Shown here piece after piece: positions 29,085 to 38,812 of a stretch of 64,000 nt of DNA. How positions within the stretch are numbered: position 1 is the first letter of the stretch; every line of letters starts with the position of its first letter. A model generated the notes under the pieces. That model had not been told where the DNA came from and did not search any database. It saw only the letters and a list, made by a program, of their open reading frames with translations. The stretch lies in NCBI GenBank assembly GCA_963796455.1, contig CAWCLO010000004.1:544001-608000 (forward strand), read 5' to 3'. This DNA is from Candidatus Sulfomarinibacteraceae bacterium. Lineage in GTDB: Bacteria; Acidobacteriota; Thermoanaerobaculia; Thermoanaerobaculales; Sulfomarinibacteraceae. The translations under genes were made by a program, and so were the position numbers.

Positions 29085-29570
29085 ATGAACGACACGATCA
29101 AGCTCGTCATCTCGATCGCCGTCCCTGTGGCGGTTGGAGGTCTTTCCGGATTCGCCACGGCTCGTGGGGTCGCCAACTGGTATCCCACCCTGACGAAGCC
29201 GCCGTTCAACCCACCCTCCTGGGTCTTCGGTCCGGTCTGGACCGTCCTCTACATCATGATGGGAGTGGCCGCGTTTCTGGTTTGGCGCAAAGGTCTCGAC
29301 GCCGACGGAGTCAAAATGGCGCTGACGGTTTTCGCGATCCAGCTCGTCCTCAACGGGCTCTGGTCCATCCTGTTCTTCGGTATGCAGGCGCCCGGTTGGG
29401 CGCTGTTCGAAATCATCCTGCTCTGGATCGCCATCGGGGTGACCACGGTTCTGTTTTGGCGGGTGGTTCCGTTGGCGGGCGCCCTGTTGCTGCCGTACTG
29501 GGCCTGGGTCAGCTTCGCCGCGGTTCTCAACGCCTCCTTGTGGTGGCTCAACCGCCCGCCTGGGGGTTGA
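29085..29570 (+). CDS. tspO: TspO/MBR tryptophan-rich sensory protein
   Basis: WYPTLTKPPFNPPSWVFGPVWTVLY, LNGLWSILFFG and LLPYWAWVSFA motifs. Confidence 0.93.
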   Translation: MNDTIKLVISIAVPVAVGGLSGFATARGVANWYPTLTKPPFNPPSWVFGPVWTVLYIMMGVAAFLVWRKGLDADGVKMALTVFAIQLVLNGLWSILFFGMQAPGWALFEIILLWIAIGVTTVLFWRVVPLAGALLLPYWAWVSFAAVLNASLWWLNRPPGG

Positions 29571-29618
29571 TACACCGCCGTTTGGAAGGACCGGAGCCGG
29601 TTCGGTGTTGTCAGGGAC

Positions 29619-30026
29619 ATGAACATGCCAATCTTTCTCAAACTCTACGCCATCGCCGTCGTCACCTTCTTCGTCATTGATCTCCTCTGGTTGGGGGTGG
29701 TTGCCCGTTCCTTCTACCAGAACCAGATGGGCCACCTCATGCGGGCCGACGTCAACTGGGCCGCGGCCATCGTCTTCTATCTTTTATTCGTCGTCGGGAT
29801 CGTCGTGCTCGCCGTCTGGCCTGCTGTTGAGCGCCAGAGCCTCAGCCACGCAATTGCCCTCGGCGCACTTCTCGGCCTCGTCACCTACGCCGCCTACGAT
29901 CTCACCAACCTCGCGACCCTCGATGGTTTTCCTTTCAAGGTGGTGTTGGTCGATATGGTTTGGGGGACGGTGTTGTGTGGGTCGGTGAGCGCGGTGACCT
30001 ATCTTGCCTCGACGCGGTTGCTTTGA
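29619..30026 (+). CDS. DUF2177 family membrane protein
   Basis: IDLLWLG, YAAYDLTNLATL and DMVWG motifs. Confidence 0.85.
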   Translation: MNMPIFLKLYAIAVVTFFVIDLLWLGVVARSFYQNQMGHLMRADVNWAAAIVFYLLFVVGIVVLAVWPAVERQSLSHAIALGALLGLVTYAAYDLTNLATLDGFPFKVVLVDMVWGTVLCGSVSAVTYLASTRLL

Positions 30027-30050
30027 GTCACGGTTTCCGCAGTCCGGACG

Positions 30051-30689
30051 TCAACGCCCGAGCGCCTTGAGGATCCGTTGGGGCGAGTACCCTGCGATGG
30101 CGCTGTCGCCAATGACGACGGTCGGATAGGCAACCTTGCCGGTAAGTCGCCTCATCTCGGCTTCTGCCCGGTCCTGCTCAGCTTGTGGCAGCCGGTCCAC
30201 CTCGGTGATTGAAGCGGAGATGCCGTTCTCAGCGAGAAATTTCTTCAATTGCTTGCAGTAAGTACACCATGTGGCTGAAAAAACCATGACGTTTTGATTT
30301 CGATTTTTCTTGACCTCGGCGGTCTCGGCGTCCGTGCCACCTGACTCTTTCGGCTTTGTCTTGGCCAACCCGCTGCCGACACTGAGAGTTCCTGCCGCCT
30401 TGGCCGTGGGAGCCTGGGCGTTGGCGGCGCGCGTCTTTTCGAGGTCGACCGCGGAGGTCGCCAGGACCCGGTTGGTTCCGCCGGGTTCCATATAGCGGAG
30501 CTTGCCGAATGCGCTGACGGGTTTTGTTCGAGCGGGAATTCGCTGACCGTTTTTCAAGACAACGACATAGGTCGGCTTAGGTTCCTTCTTTTCGTCAGAG
30601 CTCTCCTGCGTGTGCGCAACCGGGACGAGCCCCGACATGCCGAAGAGCAGCGCAGCAAGTGGAACCAGCCTTTTCATGTTGCTCATCAT
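30051..30689 (-). CDS. Exported glutaredoxin-like protein
   Basis: Signal peptide; N-terminal small beta domain; WCTYC, AYPTVVIG and GYSP in the C-terminal domain. Confidence 0.8.
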   Translation of the reverse strand: MMSNMKRLVPLAALLFGMSGLVPVAHTQESSDEKKEPKPTYVVVLKNGQRIPARTKPVSAFGKLRYMEPGGTNRVLATSAVDLEKTRAANAQAPTAKAAGTLSVGSGLAKTKPKESGGTDAETAEVKKNRNQNVMVFSATWCTYCKQLKKFLAENGISASITEVDRLPQAEQDRAEAEMRRLTGKVAYPTVVIGDSAIAGYSPQRILKALGR

Positions 30690-30826
30690 GGTGAATGCCC
30701 TTCAGATCTTCCCTTCCAATCTTGTCATACCGCATCGCTTGGAAACGCCTCGCCCGTGTTTGTCGAGATTCTGGTCGATTGACACGGGTGGCGCGAGCTT
30801 GCAGTGTTTCGGATGCCTGCCCCGCG

Positions 30827-31360
30827 CTACCGAATGGGATCCGGGCAATACTCACGCCGGCCGCAACCCGGGCAGTGGTTGCCCAGATAGAGCTCGTCGA
30901 GTTCACCCATCAACTCCTGGATGACATCGCATTCGTCGGTCAGAAAGCCTGCCTCGAAGTTTCTGTTTTTTGCCGCCTTGGCACCGATTCCTGCTCCGGT
31001 GAGGTTTGCTGAGCCTACATACGCCAGGTGCCCGTCCACCACGACGACCTTCATGTGCATGCGTGGGCACAAGATGCGCTCGAACCGGTTGCTGGTCGTC
31101 AAAACGGGAAATCGGTCGAAGTCCTCCCGGAAAGACGGTCCAGGTTCCTTGGCGTGGAACAGGCGAATGGCGACACCGTCCTCGAGCAGATCTGAAAATA
31201 CCGAAAGTAGCGGAATGAACCGTTTGCCGTCGCCGGCAACGTGGAGGTTTTTCAAGTCGGCGGTGGCGATCCAGAGGTACTGTTTCGCCGATGGAACGAC
31301 CTCGGTGATGACGCGCTCGTAGTGTGACCGATTGAGGACCAGTTCGTACATGGTAGCCAT
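30827..31360 (-). CDS. Single-domain phospholipase D/nuclease (HKD) family protein
   Basis: HMKVVVVD...GSANLT...NFEAG; C-terminal CPGCGRREYC. Confidence 0.85.
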   Translation of the reverse strand: MATMYELVLNRSHYERVITEVVPSAKQYLWIATADLKNLHVAGDGKRFIPLLSVFSDLLEDGVAIRLFHAKEPGPSFREDFDRFPVLTTSNRFERILCPRMHMKVVVVDGHLAYVGSANLTGAGIGAKAAKNRNFEAGFLTDECDVIQELMGELDELYLGNHCPGCGRREYCPDPIR

Positions 31361-31410
31361 CGATTGTATATGGAGCCTGAGCGACTCCCCACCAGCCCAA
31401 TCTCTGCAGA

Positions 31411-32427
31411 CTAAAACTTCAACGTGAACAAGGTTGTCCCGTACTTCATCGTCGGTTGCATGGACTCGGCCGGTCCCTTGTAGCGGTCGGGCACCGAGTC
31501 CCAGCCCTCGTAGATGCTGCCGGCGACGAAGACGCGCTGCTTCTCTTCAGGGAGATCGGGCTCCTTGCCAAAGACATCGTAGACCGAGCCGGGCGGCACC
31601 TGGCCGATGTTGTCGCCGAGAGTGACCAACTCGTCGAGGCCGTCGCCGTCGATGTCGGCCTTGATCCAGCCCACCTGGAGAATGGCGGCATAGGTGCCGT
31701 CGCTGAGCATGCCGCGGATTTCGGTGTTGAAGGCGTCAACCATTTCCCGCGCTTCGGGCAGGTCGCGCCGGATTGCGAAGTGCAGCGTGCGGCGGCCCAT
31801 CGGTGTGCTGCCGATCTCGAGGTTGGCGGCGACCTCATCGGGTTGGTGGGTCGCCAGATATCGCATCACCAATTCGTCAACCAGCATGTACTCGACCTCT
31901 TCCGCCAGCAATTTGCTGAGGCTGTCCTGGTCGTTGCGGGAGTTGATGAAGTGGACGCCGACCGCGTTCTCGATCTCCTGTCCGTAGGCATAACGCCCCA
32001 CCGCCGCAACCCTCCTGCCGGCGAGCTCCGACATCTTCGTGTAGGAGACATCGGTGCCGCTGCGGCCCACCAGAACCAGCCGGTTCTCCAGATAAGCATC
32101 GGAGAAGAAGAGGTCCCGAGCGCGTTTTTCGGTACGCCACATGGCGGCGCTGCCGTCGAATCGGGACTGGCGGATGCCGTTCTCGACCTCCCTCCATTCG
32201 ACGATGGTGGTGGTGACGCTGATTCCGGCCCGCTCGAGGGCCGTTTGCACCAGCTCCACTGCGATCCGCTGGCGGTCTGTGCTGTCCGTAAATGGGGGCC
32301 AGATGTCGGAGGCCAGGCGCAACTCCCGGGGCTCCTCCGCCATAAGGAAGGTAGGCAGGAGAGCGAACGACAAAATGATCGCGAGTGCGAGGCGCTGACG
32401 GGGCGTTTCAAATCGAGTGGTGAACAT
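31411..32427 (-). CDS. Periplasmic substrate-binding (family 3) protein with C-terminal extension
   Basis: Signal peptide; SDIWPPF, ELAGRRVAAV and FNTEIRGMLSDGTY motifs. Confidence 0.8.
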   Translation of the reverse strand: MFTTRFETPRQRLALAIILSFALLPTFLMAEEPRELRLASDIWPPFTDSTDRQRIAVELVQTALERAGISVTTTIVEWREVENGIRQSRFDGSAAMWRTEKRARDLFFSDAYLENRLVLVGRSGTDVSYTKMSELAGRRVAAVGRYAYGQEIENAVGVHFINSRNDQDSLSKLLAEEVEYMLVDELVMRYLATHQPDEVAANLEIGSTPMGRRTLHFAIRRDLPEAREMVDAFNTEIRGMLSDGTYAAILQVGWIKADIDGDGLDELVTLGDNIGQVPPGSVYDVFGKEPDLPEEKQRVFVAGSIYEGWDSVPDRYKGPAESMQPTMKYGTTLFTLKF

Positions 32428-32586
32428 GGGTCGTTTCCTCCCGTCGCCCGGGCGACATTATGGCTAACGCATTACGGGCCGCAGGTCTTCCAGAGCTGTC
32501 GCCCTTTGCGGGTGCCGAGTGCCAGTGCCGGCATTTTTCGTACGCATTGTATTACTGCAGCTGAACGAGGACCACACCACTCGTCT

Positions 32587-32659
32587 TTGTGGTGCAGGCG
32601 TCTCGCCCGCATGATCCCGGCGCGCGGGCAGGAGTGCGGCCGAGACGGCCGCACCACAA
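32587..32659. repeat. REP-like double-palindrome element, copy 2
   Basis: TTGTGGTGCAGGCGTCTCGCCCGCA...GTGCGGCCGAGACGGCCGCACCACAA. Confidence 0.8.
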
Positions 32660-32976
32660 TGGCGCCGTCCGCCCCAATCAGTCATTCCAGAAGCGCGAAT
32701 TCTTGAAAACCCAGCTGCGAAACGTCGGCAGAAAAAAGTTCCGGGCTCAGGTTATGTCGCCCCGCCGGCGTTTTCTCGCTGATTGCCGTTATGAGGTTCT
32801 GATCGGTGGCACCCACGTTCACGTGCGAACAACGCTCGACGATCGCCTGATCACGTTCGACGATGGAGTTTCTACGCCCTATATTGTCCTGAGAAAGATC
32901 ATTTCGAGGCACCTCGGTGTGGTTGTGGCGAACGATTGTCCGAGAAGGCCGAAAACACAGGTGGGGGCGAGCAGAA

Positions 32977-33741
32977 ATGACACGGAATCGAAGCGCACGT
33001 GTGGTGTCAGCGACGATCGCCGGTGTGCTGTCCATGCTGTCGGCAGGTGCGGTGGCGGCGAACTCGCTGTGGGCGGATGACTGCGTGTTCAGCTTCGACC
33101 CCCAAACGATACTTGAGACGACGGACACTCTCTGCGTCACGGGTGATATCGATACCGTCCCCCCGGGCCAGATCTTCCCGCGGGCGACCATTTATGTGGT
33201 GGACGTGATCTTCGGCGACACCTTCGAGACCGGAACCGGCTTCCAGTGGTCGTACTTCCAACCATTCTGCGGCACCCCTCATGTTGGTCTGCGGGTCGAG
33301 GTCACCTGGCAGACACCCGGCGATCCAGATGAGACCGACGATGTCGGGACCAACCTCGATCTGCACATCCTCCACCCGGATGCCGGGGGCACGTGGCTCT
33401 CTGCGCACGATTGTTACCGCAACAACCCGGCTCCCGATTGGGGTGTGGTTGGCGTCCATGAAAACGCGGTCGTCATCCTGATCGACGACGATGGCGCCGG
33501 CCCCGAGATTGTTCAACTCACCGATCCGCAGTCGGTGAGCTACGACGTCGGGGTCCACTACTTCGACGACCTCGCCTTCGGTCCCTCCATCGCCACGGTG
33601 AAAGTCTGGTTGAACGGCGTCCAGGTCTATGAATACCCTGGCAAAACGTTGATCGACGGGGAGTTCTGGCATCTCGGATCGGTGGCGTGGCCGGGCGGCG
33701 CCTTCACCGGGGTCGACACGGTCACCGCGGGGATACCCTGA
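32977..33741 (+). CDS. Secreted protein with YfaP/DUF2135-like domain and internal FxDxFE peptide
   Basis: Signal peptide; IFGDTFETGTGFQW; LRVEVTW...NLDLHILHP...DDDGAGPE...YDVGVHYF. Confidence 0.72.
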   Translation: MTRNRSARVVSATIAGVLSMLSAGAVAANSLWADDCVFSFDPQTILETTDTLCVTGDIDTVPPGQIFPRATIYVVDVIFGDTFETGTGFQWSYFQPFCGTPHVGLRVEVTWQTPGDPDETDDVGTNLDLHILHPDAGGTWLSAHDCYRNNPAPDWGVVGVHENAVVILIDDDGAGPEIVQLTDPQSVSYDVGVHYFDDLAFGPSIATVKVWLNGVQVYEYPGKTLIDGEFWHLGSVAWPGGAFTGVDTVTAGIP

Positions 33742-33790
33742 CTGGCTGATCACCGAATCGATATCCGCTCCAAGTTCGTTGCGTCGAACT

Positions 33791-34732
33791 TCAGGAAACT
33801 TTGTTCGAGAGGCGCACGGCGCGCCGGAAGAATTCCATCGGCGCTCGCGAAGAGTTCCAAGCAAAGGTGAACTCTTCGTGGCCTGGGGGCCCGGGAAAGG
33901 CGCGAACCTCGAGTTGATGGGCGTCGAGCCACAAGCGCTGTGACAGATCCTCGGGTTCGTAGGAGCGTTTGAGGCCGTACAGCGGATCGCCGAGGATCGG
34001 CAGTCCATCATGGGCGAGCTGGACCCGGATCTGGTGTTTGCGGCCGGTGGATGGCCGAACCCGGACAAGGGCGAGACCGTCTTCAACCGCCAAAACTTCG
34101 ATTTCGCAGCGGCAGTTTGGTGGCAGGTCCTGCCGCACCTCCTGCCGCCAGTACTCGTGTGGGCTGCGAGCGATGTGGTGGATAAGAGTGCATTTTCCGG
34201 ACGGCGAATCGCGCTGCAGTTCGCAAACCGCGGTATAGGCCTTTTCCACCAACGATCGCGGTTGGAAAAGACGCGCGAAATGCGAGCGGCTTGTTGGATC
34301 GAGTGACAGGAGCACCAGGCCCGACGTCAACCGGTCGAGGCGGTGGAGCGGCGCGATGTCCTCATTTCCCGTGGCTTCGACGAGGAGGTGGAGAAGACAA
34401 GCGGTGACCCAACGGCCACCGGGCGTTACCGGGAGGTTGGGTGGTTTGTCCACCACCATGAGATGCTGATCCGACCACAGCACCTGGAAATCCTCTCGCA
34501 CCGGCGGCTCGCGCTCGACCTCGCGTCGATAATGCACTTCCAGAAGTGGTTCGTAGGGCGTCTCGGTTCCGATCATTCTGCCGGCCGCCCAGATCTTGCC
34601 GGCGGCGAAGCGTTCGTACCAGGTTTCGCGGGTGATCCTGGGAAAGCGGTGGAGAAAGAAATCGAAGATCGTCCGCTCGCCCTGCGGCGGTCGCTCGGGC
34701 AGCCTGACAGTTGAGTGTCGTGCCGGTGCCAT
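33791..34732 (-). CDS. RluA-family RNA pseudouridine synthase
   Basis: VVDKPPNL, LHRLDRLTSG, TGRKHQIR and PILGDPLY motifs. Confidence 0.9.
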   Translation of the reverse strand: MAPARHSTVRLPERPPQGERTIFDFFLHRFPRITRETWYERFAAGKIWAAGRMIGTETPYEPLLEVHYRREVEREPPVREDFQVLWSDQHLMVVDKPPNLPVTPGGRWVTACLLHLLVEATGNEDIAPLHRLDRLTSGLVLLSLDPTSRSHFARLFQPRSLVEKAYTAVCELQRDSPSGKCTLIHHIARSPHEYWRQEVRQDLPPNCRCEIEVLAVEDGLALVRVRPSTGRKHQIRVQLAHDGLPILGDPLYGLKRSYEPEDLSQRLWLDAHQLEVRAFPGPPGHEEFTFAWNSSRAPMEFFRRAVRLSNKVS

Positions 34733-34859
34733 ATTGACCATTGTTGCATTGTTGGAGGCGGCTGAAAACGCGCCCGGCACCGTGGTACCTTTGTCAAAAT
34801 CCAGAAGATCGCGTACGTGCATCGAGAGCACCAACAACACCGAAGAAGGAGATTGCAGC

Positions 34860-35822
34860 GTGAAAATACATCCAGGGCTCTTGTGCGGTTTGATAGTCGC
34901 GGTGGCCTTGACCGGAATTGGTCAGGACGGCTTTGCCGAGGAGTGCGCGCCGTCTCGCTGGGGTGTGGACGACCAAATCGGGGCTGCCAACCATGTTTCT
35001 CCTGAACAGGTATTGATGGCGGTCAAACTGGTCAAAAAGGGGCAATCCCACCCATTGGGTATCGTGGTCGATCCGAAAATGCCGGCCTATCCGCCCCGCT
35101 CCTTCTCCCTCCAGATCGTGCAGCCGGGTCAGCACAACGGCCGTAGCCTGGTCCAGGACCTCGGTTGGGATGCCTCCTACAACGACGATATGGCCCAGCT
35201 GTGGTTTGGCATCGGTCCGCAGCTCGATGGCCTCGGCCATATGGGTGAGGCCGGCGTCTATTACAACTGCAACAAGGCGGTCGATTTCATCGATATCTCG
35301 GGTTTGAAAAAACTCGGTACGGATAAGGTGCCGCCATTGGTCGGTCGCGGAGTGTTGCTCGATATGACCCGTTTTTTTGGCGTCGCCAACATGGCCTCGG
35401 GCCAGGCCATCACCTCGGCAGACCTCAAAGCTGCAGCCAAGGCTCAGGGTGTGAAGATCCGCCAGGGTGACGTGGTCTTGCTGCACACCGGTTGGACCGA
35501 CGCCATGCTGAGCTCGAACCCCGAGGCCTGGGCGGCGGGGGAGCCGGGCCTGACGAATGAGGCCGCCGCCTACCTCGCCTCACTCGATCCGATGGCAGTG
35601 GGTGCCGACACCTGGGGTGTCGAAGTCATTCCACCGGTGGAGGGCGACCGGCCTTTTTACGGCCATATCGAATTCCTGAAAAAGAAGGGCATCTACATCC
35701 TGGAAACAATGAATACCGGTCGCCTCGCCAAAGAGGAGGTCCAGGAATTCATGTTCGTTTTGGGTCAGGCCCGCATCAAGGGCACGGTGCAGATGATCAT
35801 CAACCCCGTGGCTCTTTGGTAA
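34860..35822 (+). CDS. Exported cyclase (kynurenine formamidase-like) family protein
   Basis: Signal peptide; WGVDDQIGAAN, QLDGLGH, GRGVLLD, GDVVLLHTGW and VGADTW motifs. Confidence 0.88.
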   Translation: MKIHPGLLCGLIVAVALTGIGQDGFAEECAPSRWGVDDQIGAANHVSPEQVLMAVKLVKKGQSHPLGIVVDPKMPAYPPRSFSLQIVQPGQHNGRSLVQDLGWDASYNDDMAQLWFGIGPQLDGLGHMGEAGVYYNCNKAVDFIDISGLKKLGTDKVPPLVGRGVLLDMTRFFGVANMASGQAITSADLKAAAKAQGVKIRQGDVVLLHTGWTDAMLSSNPEAWAAGEPGLTNEAAAYLASLDPMAVGADTWGVEVIPPVEGDRPFYGHIEFLKKKGIYILETMNTGRLAKEEVQEFMFVLGQARIKGTVQMIINPVALW

Positions 35823-35886
35823 AGGACTTGTCAGCAATTACCAGGGGGCCACTCAAAGCAGTTTGGCAAAACCGGGGAAGCGATTG

Positions 35887-36099
35887 ATGCGAGAACCTTC
35901 ATGTGATCGCGGGGGCCGGGCCATTCTCTTCGATTGGGGCGACACCCTGATGAGGGTTTTTCCGGAGTACGACGGCCCTATGTATGCGTGGCCGCGCGTG
36001 GAGGCAGTCGAAGGAACCGCGGAGAAGACCGCCGCCATGTACCGGACAATACACGGTATGCCTGAATTGCCGGTGGCATTGGAACTATTGCTGAAGTAG
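35887..36099 (+). pseudogene. Internally deleted HAD-family hydrolase remnant
   Basis: HAD motif I ILFDWGDTLM joined directly to a C-terminal-like RTIHGMPELPVAL; only 70 aa, motifs II-IV absent. Confidence 0.6.
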
Positions 36100-36430
36100 C
36101 GTCCGTCGAGTTTCGAGCGCCTGATTGTGATCCGAGAATCCATGACCCCGCCATTCATCCTCATGATAAAATTAGCCTTGTAAGTTTTGAGATAATAGTT
36201 ATGAGGGTGAGAACCATTCCGACATCCTCGGTTTCTCTTTTTGTGAATCCGAGTTCGATGTTTGGCGTGCGGTCGCACGACTGCTGCGCTCCGAGATGGT
36301 ACGCGGCCCGTCCCCGACATCCGTCGAGGGACCGATGAATGACGGTCGGACAGGTCTCCGGATCGAGATTGATTTCGGCCACGAACTCCGCGGATGTCTG
36401 GTCACCGACGCGGAATGCAAAGGAGGAAGA

Positions 36431-37024
36431 ATGTTGCAGCACCACCGATTAATGGCTGGAGGTCGAATCCTTTTGATGGCGTGCATGTTCGCTGTCGCCC
36501 TGAGCTTCGGTCCGGCAAGCGGCGCCTGGGCTCAGGACGGTTTCACTTCACCACTGATCATCCCGGCGGCCGAATTCGAATCATCGGGAGTGGGTTCTTT
36601 CGGTACGCTCGATCGATTCTCGAACACCCATGGGTATGTCTACGCAGTATCGGACGAACTGGCCTGTGTCATGGCACCCGTCTATCTTCCCAACGGAGCA
36701 ACCATCACCAGATTTGAAGCAGCGATGTCCGATCTGGTTTCCTACAATCCCGGTTCAACCTCGACCTGCCCCAGGTTCTATCCAGATGTTGAAGTGGATC
36801 TGATCTCGAACCAGATGGACGACAATCTCTACCCCCAGGACACCAGTGTCATCACCCACGCCAGTGTCGCATCCAATCTGAACACCGGCCAGACCCATAT
36901 CGTCAGTGACACCTCCATCGCGACCCCGAATGTCAACAACCTTCAGCAGATTTACTGGGTGCGGGTGTACGTCTGCGGTCTGTTCCAGGGCTTCCAGGGC
37001 GTGCGGATCCACTACGAGGAGTAG
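36431..37024 (+). CDS. Secreted hypothetical protein with one copy of an IPxxxF...VxLPNxAxI domain
   Basis: RBS AGGAGG; signal peptide ending AWA; domain shared with the next gene. Confidence 0.78.
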   Translation: MLQHHRLMAGGRILLMACMFAVALSFGPASGAWAQDGFTSPLIIPAAEFESSGVGSFGTLDRFSNTHGYVYAVSDELACVMAPVYLPNGATITRFEAAMSDLVSYNPGSTSTCPRFYPDVEVDLISNQMDDNLYPQDTSVITHASVASNLNTGQTHIVSDTSIATPNVNNLQQIYWVRVYVCGLFQGFQGVRIHYEE

Positions 37025-37028
37025 AGAG

Positions 37029-38285
37029 ATGAATAGAAAATCCATCTGCACCATCGTCACCGCCTCGATAGCCGCATTGCTGCTTTGCCTGCCGACGGCC
37101 GTGGCCGAAACAAATTCGCTCATGATTCCCGCCGCCGCTTTTTCGGCCGACGGAACAAACCAATTTGCCTATATCAACTACGGTGATTCTCTCGAGACCG
37201 GTACGACTCTTCACTTCCACGCCTGGGTCAAGTTGCCCAATGCGGCAACCATCACCAACGTCGACATGATGACCCTCGACGAAGACTCAGCCACCATCAC
37301 GGGTTATCTCAAACGAACAAAATTCGGTGTCGACAGCGGCACCGAAACACTCCTGACCTTTACCTCTCCAGGGAATATCGGCTGTTCGACCTCCGGTCTC
37401 TGCCACGACATGGAATCGCTCCTCGACATCAGGGTGGACGCCGCCAACTACGCCTACTGGTTCGACCTCGTCGTGCCGGACGCTGACGGTTCACCACCAA
37501 CCGAAAACGACCTCGCGTTCTATGCGCTTCGAATCATGTACGACTACGAAGACATGATTTTCAGTGACACATTCGAGTCGAGCGACGCCAGCATGTGGAC
37601 ATTGCAAACTGGTGGGAAGTCCGGGTTGAGTACGGCTGAGGAGATCCCGAAGGCAAAACCCATCACCGTCGACGGGCCCGTGGACGAACAGCGACTGGCG
37701 ATGTTCGAAAGTGCTCTGGCGATCAAAGACCCCCGCGCCCGGGATGCGCTCGAGAACGCCCTCCTGGGCAAAGCGGGCTACGGCAGCCCGTATATCATTC
37801 CTGGTCCGGCCTTCAAGACCCAGGGTTACACCGACTACGACACCTACTATTTCAGTGAATCCTATGGCTTTGTCTACGGACGGCCCGGCGATGAAGACGG
37901 TACGAATCTGACGGCGCCGGTGAACCTCCCCAACGGTGCTCAGATTTCCTGGTTCTTTGCTTTGTATGTCGACTCGGTCAGGTTTGGGTTCCAGGAAGAC
38001 ATCCGCTTCTGGCTGTCGCGAATGGACGCCACCGATATCATCCCAACCGACAACATGGTCTATGAAGTGACTTCGGGCCGCAGTACGGCAATCGAGTCAA
38101 TAGCGGTGGACGACGATGATATGGAAGCGGCGGTCCCGGGTTCGACCGATGTCAACAACGACAGATACAGTTACTGGGTCACGCTCGACGTGGGCGCCTA
38201 CGACGTGAGCCCCCCGGATCCGTATTCCGACGAGGAGTGGTGGCACAAGGTCTACGCGATCATGATTCTCTACACCATGCCTTGA
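37029..38285 (+). CDS. Secreted hypothetical protein with two copies of the same domain separated by an FxDxFE peptide
   Basis: Signal peptide; IPAAAF...VKLPNAATI; IFSDTFESSDASMW; IPGPAF...APVNLPNGAQI. Confidence 0.8.
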   Translation: MNRKSICTIVTASIAALLLCLPTAVAETNSLMIPAAAFSADGTNQFAYINYGDSLETGTTLHFHAWVKLPNAATITNVDMMTLDEDSATITGYLKRTKFGVDSGTETLLTFTSPGNIGCSTSGLCHDMESLLDIRVDAANYAYWFDLVVPDADGSPPTENDLAFYALRIMYDYEDMIFSDTFESSDASMWTLQTGGKSGLSTAEEIPKAKPITVDGPVDEQRLAMFESALAIKDPRARDALENALLGKAGYGSPYIIPGPAFKTQGYTDYDTYYFSESYGFVYGRPGDEDGTNLTAPVNLPNGAQISWFFALYVDSVRFGFQEDIRFWLSRMDATDIIPTDNMVYEVTSGRSTAIESIAVDDDDMEAAVPGSTDVNNDRYSYWVTLDVGAYDVSPPDPYSDEEWWHKVYAIMILYTMP

Positions 38286-38380
38286 TCGGACCTTCGGAGC
38301 CTTCGCGCTTCCCGAGACCGAATGAGGTTTATGGCCCGCAAACCAGGTTGCGGCGCTTCCGCCGGACCACAACCACCGAT

Positions 38381-38410
38381 CCCCCGGCTCTGCCGGGGGG
38401 TTCTTTCGTT
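38381..38410 (+). terminator. Probable intrinsic terminator
   Basis: CCCCCGGC-TCT-GCCGGGGG followed by a T-rich tail. Confidence 0.65.
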
Positions 38411-38494
38411 TCTGAATTTTCCCGGGCCTCGGTCGTAGGGTTATGATCAACGGAGCCTTTGCAGAACCCACGACCGAAAGCAGGAGGAAAACCA

Positions 38495-38683
38495 ATGGTT
38501 GACGATCCGGACAAAGAGAAAACGAAGAAACGACCTGGCAGTATGCTTGGAGTCGGCGTCGCGATCGGAGCGGGAGTTGGTGCTGCACTGGGCGTGGCGC
38601 TCGACAATATCGCAATGGGGGTCGGCCTTGGAGCCGGTCTAGGCGTTGCTCTCGGCGCTGCTTTTGATAAGTTTCGGGCGTGA
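38495..38683 (+). CDS. Small glycine-zipper membrane protein
   Basis: RBS AGGAGG; two GxxxGxxxG hydrophobic helices. Confidence 0.75.
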   Translation: MVDDPDKEKTKKRPGSMLGVGVAIGAGVGAALGVALDNIAMGVGLGAGLGVALGAAFDKFRA

Positions 38684-38812
38684 ATTGTCCACAATGGTAT
38701 GGGTTTTTTGCAGCACCGAAGCGATAGTGCTGATCAGGGGGATCGTTTTTTCTCCATCCTGTAGGACGAGATGGAGAAACGAAGTCGGGGAATCTCTCTG
38801 AACGGCGGTCGT

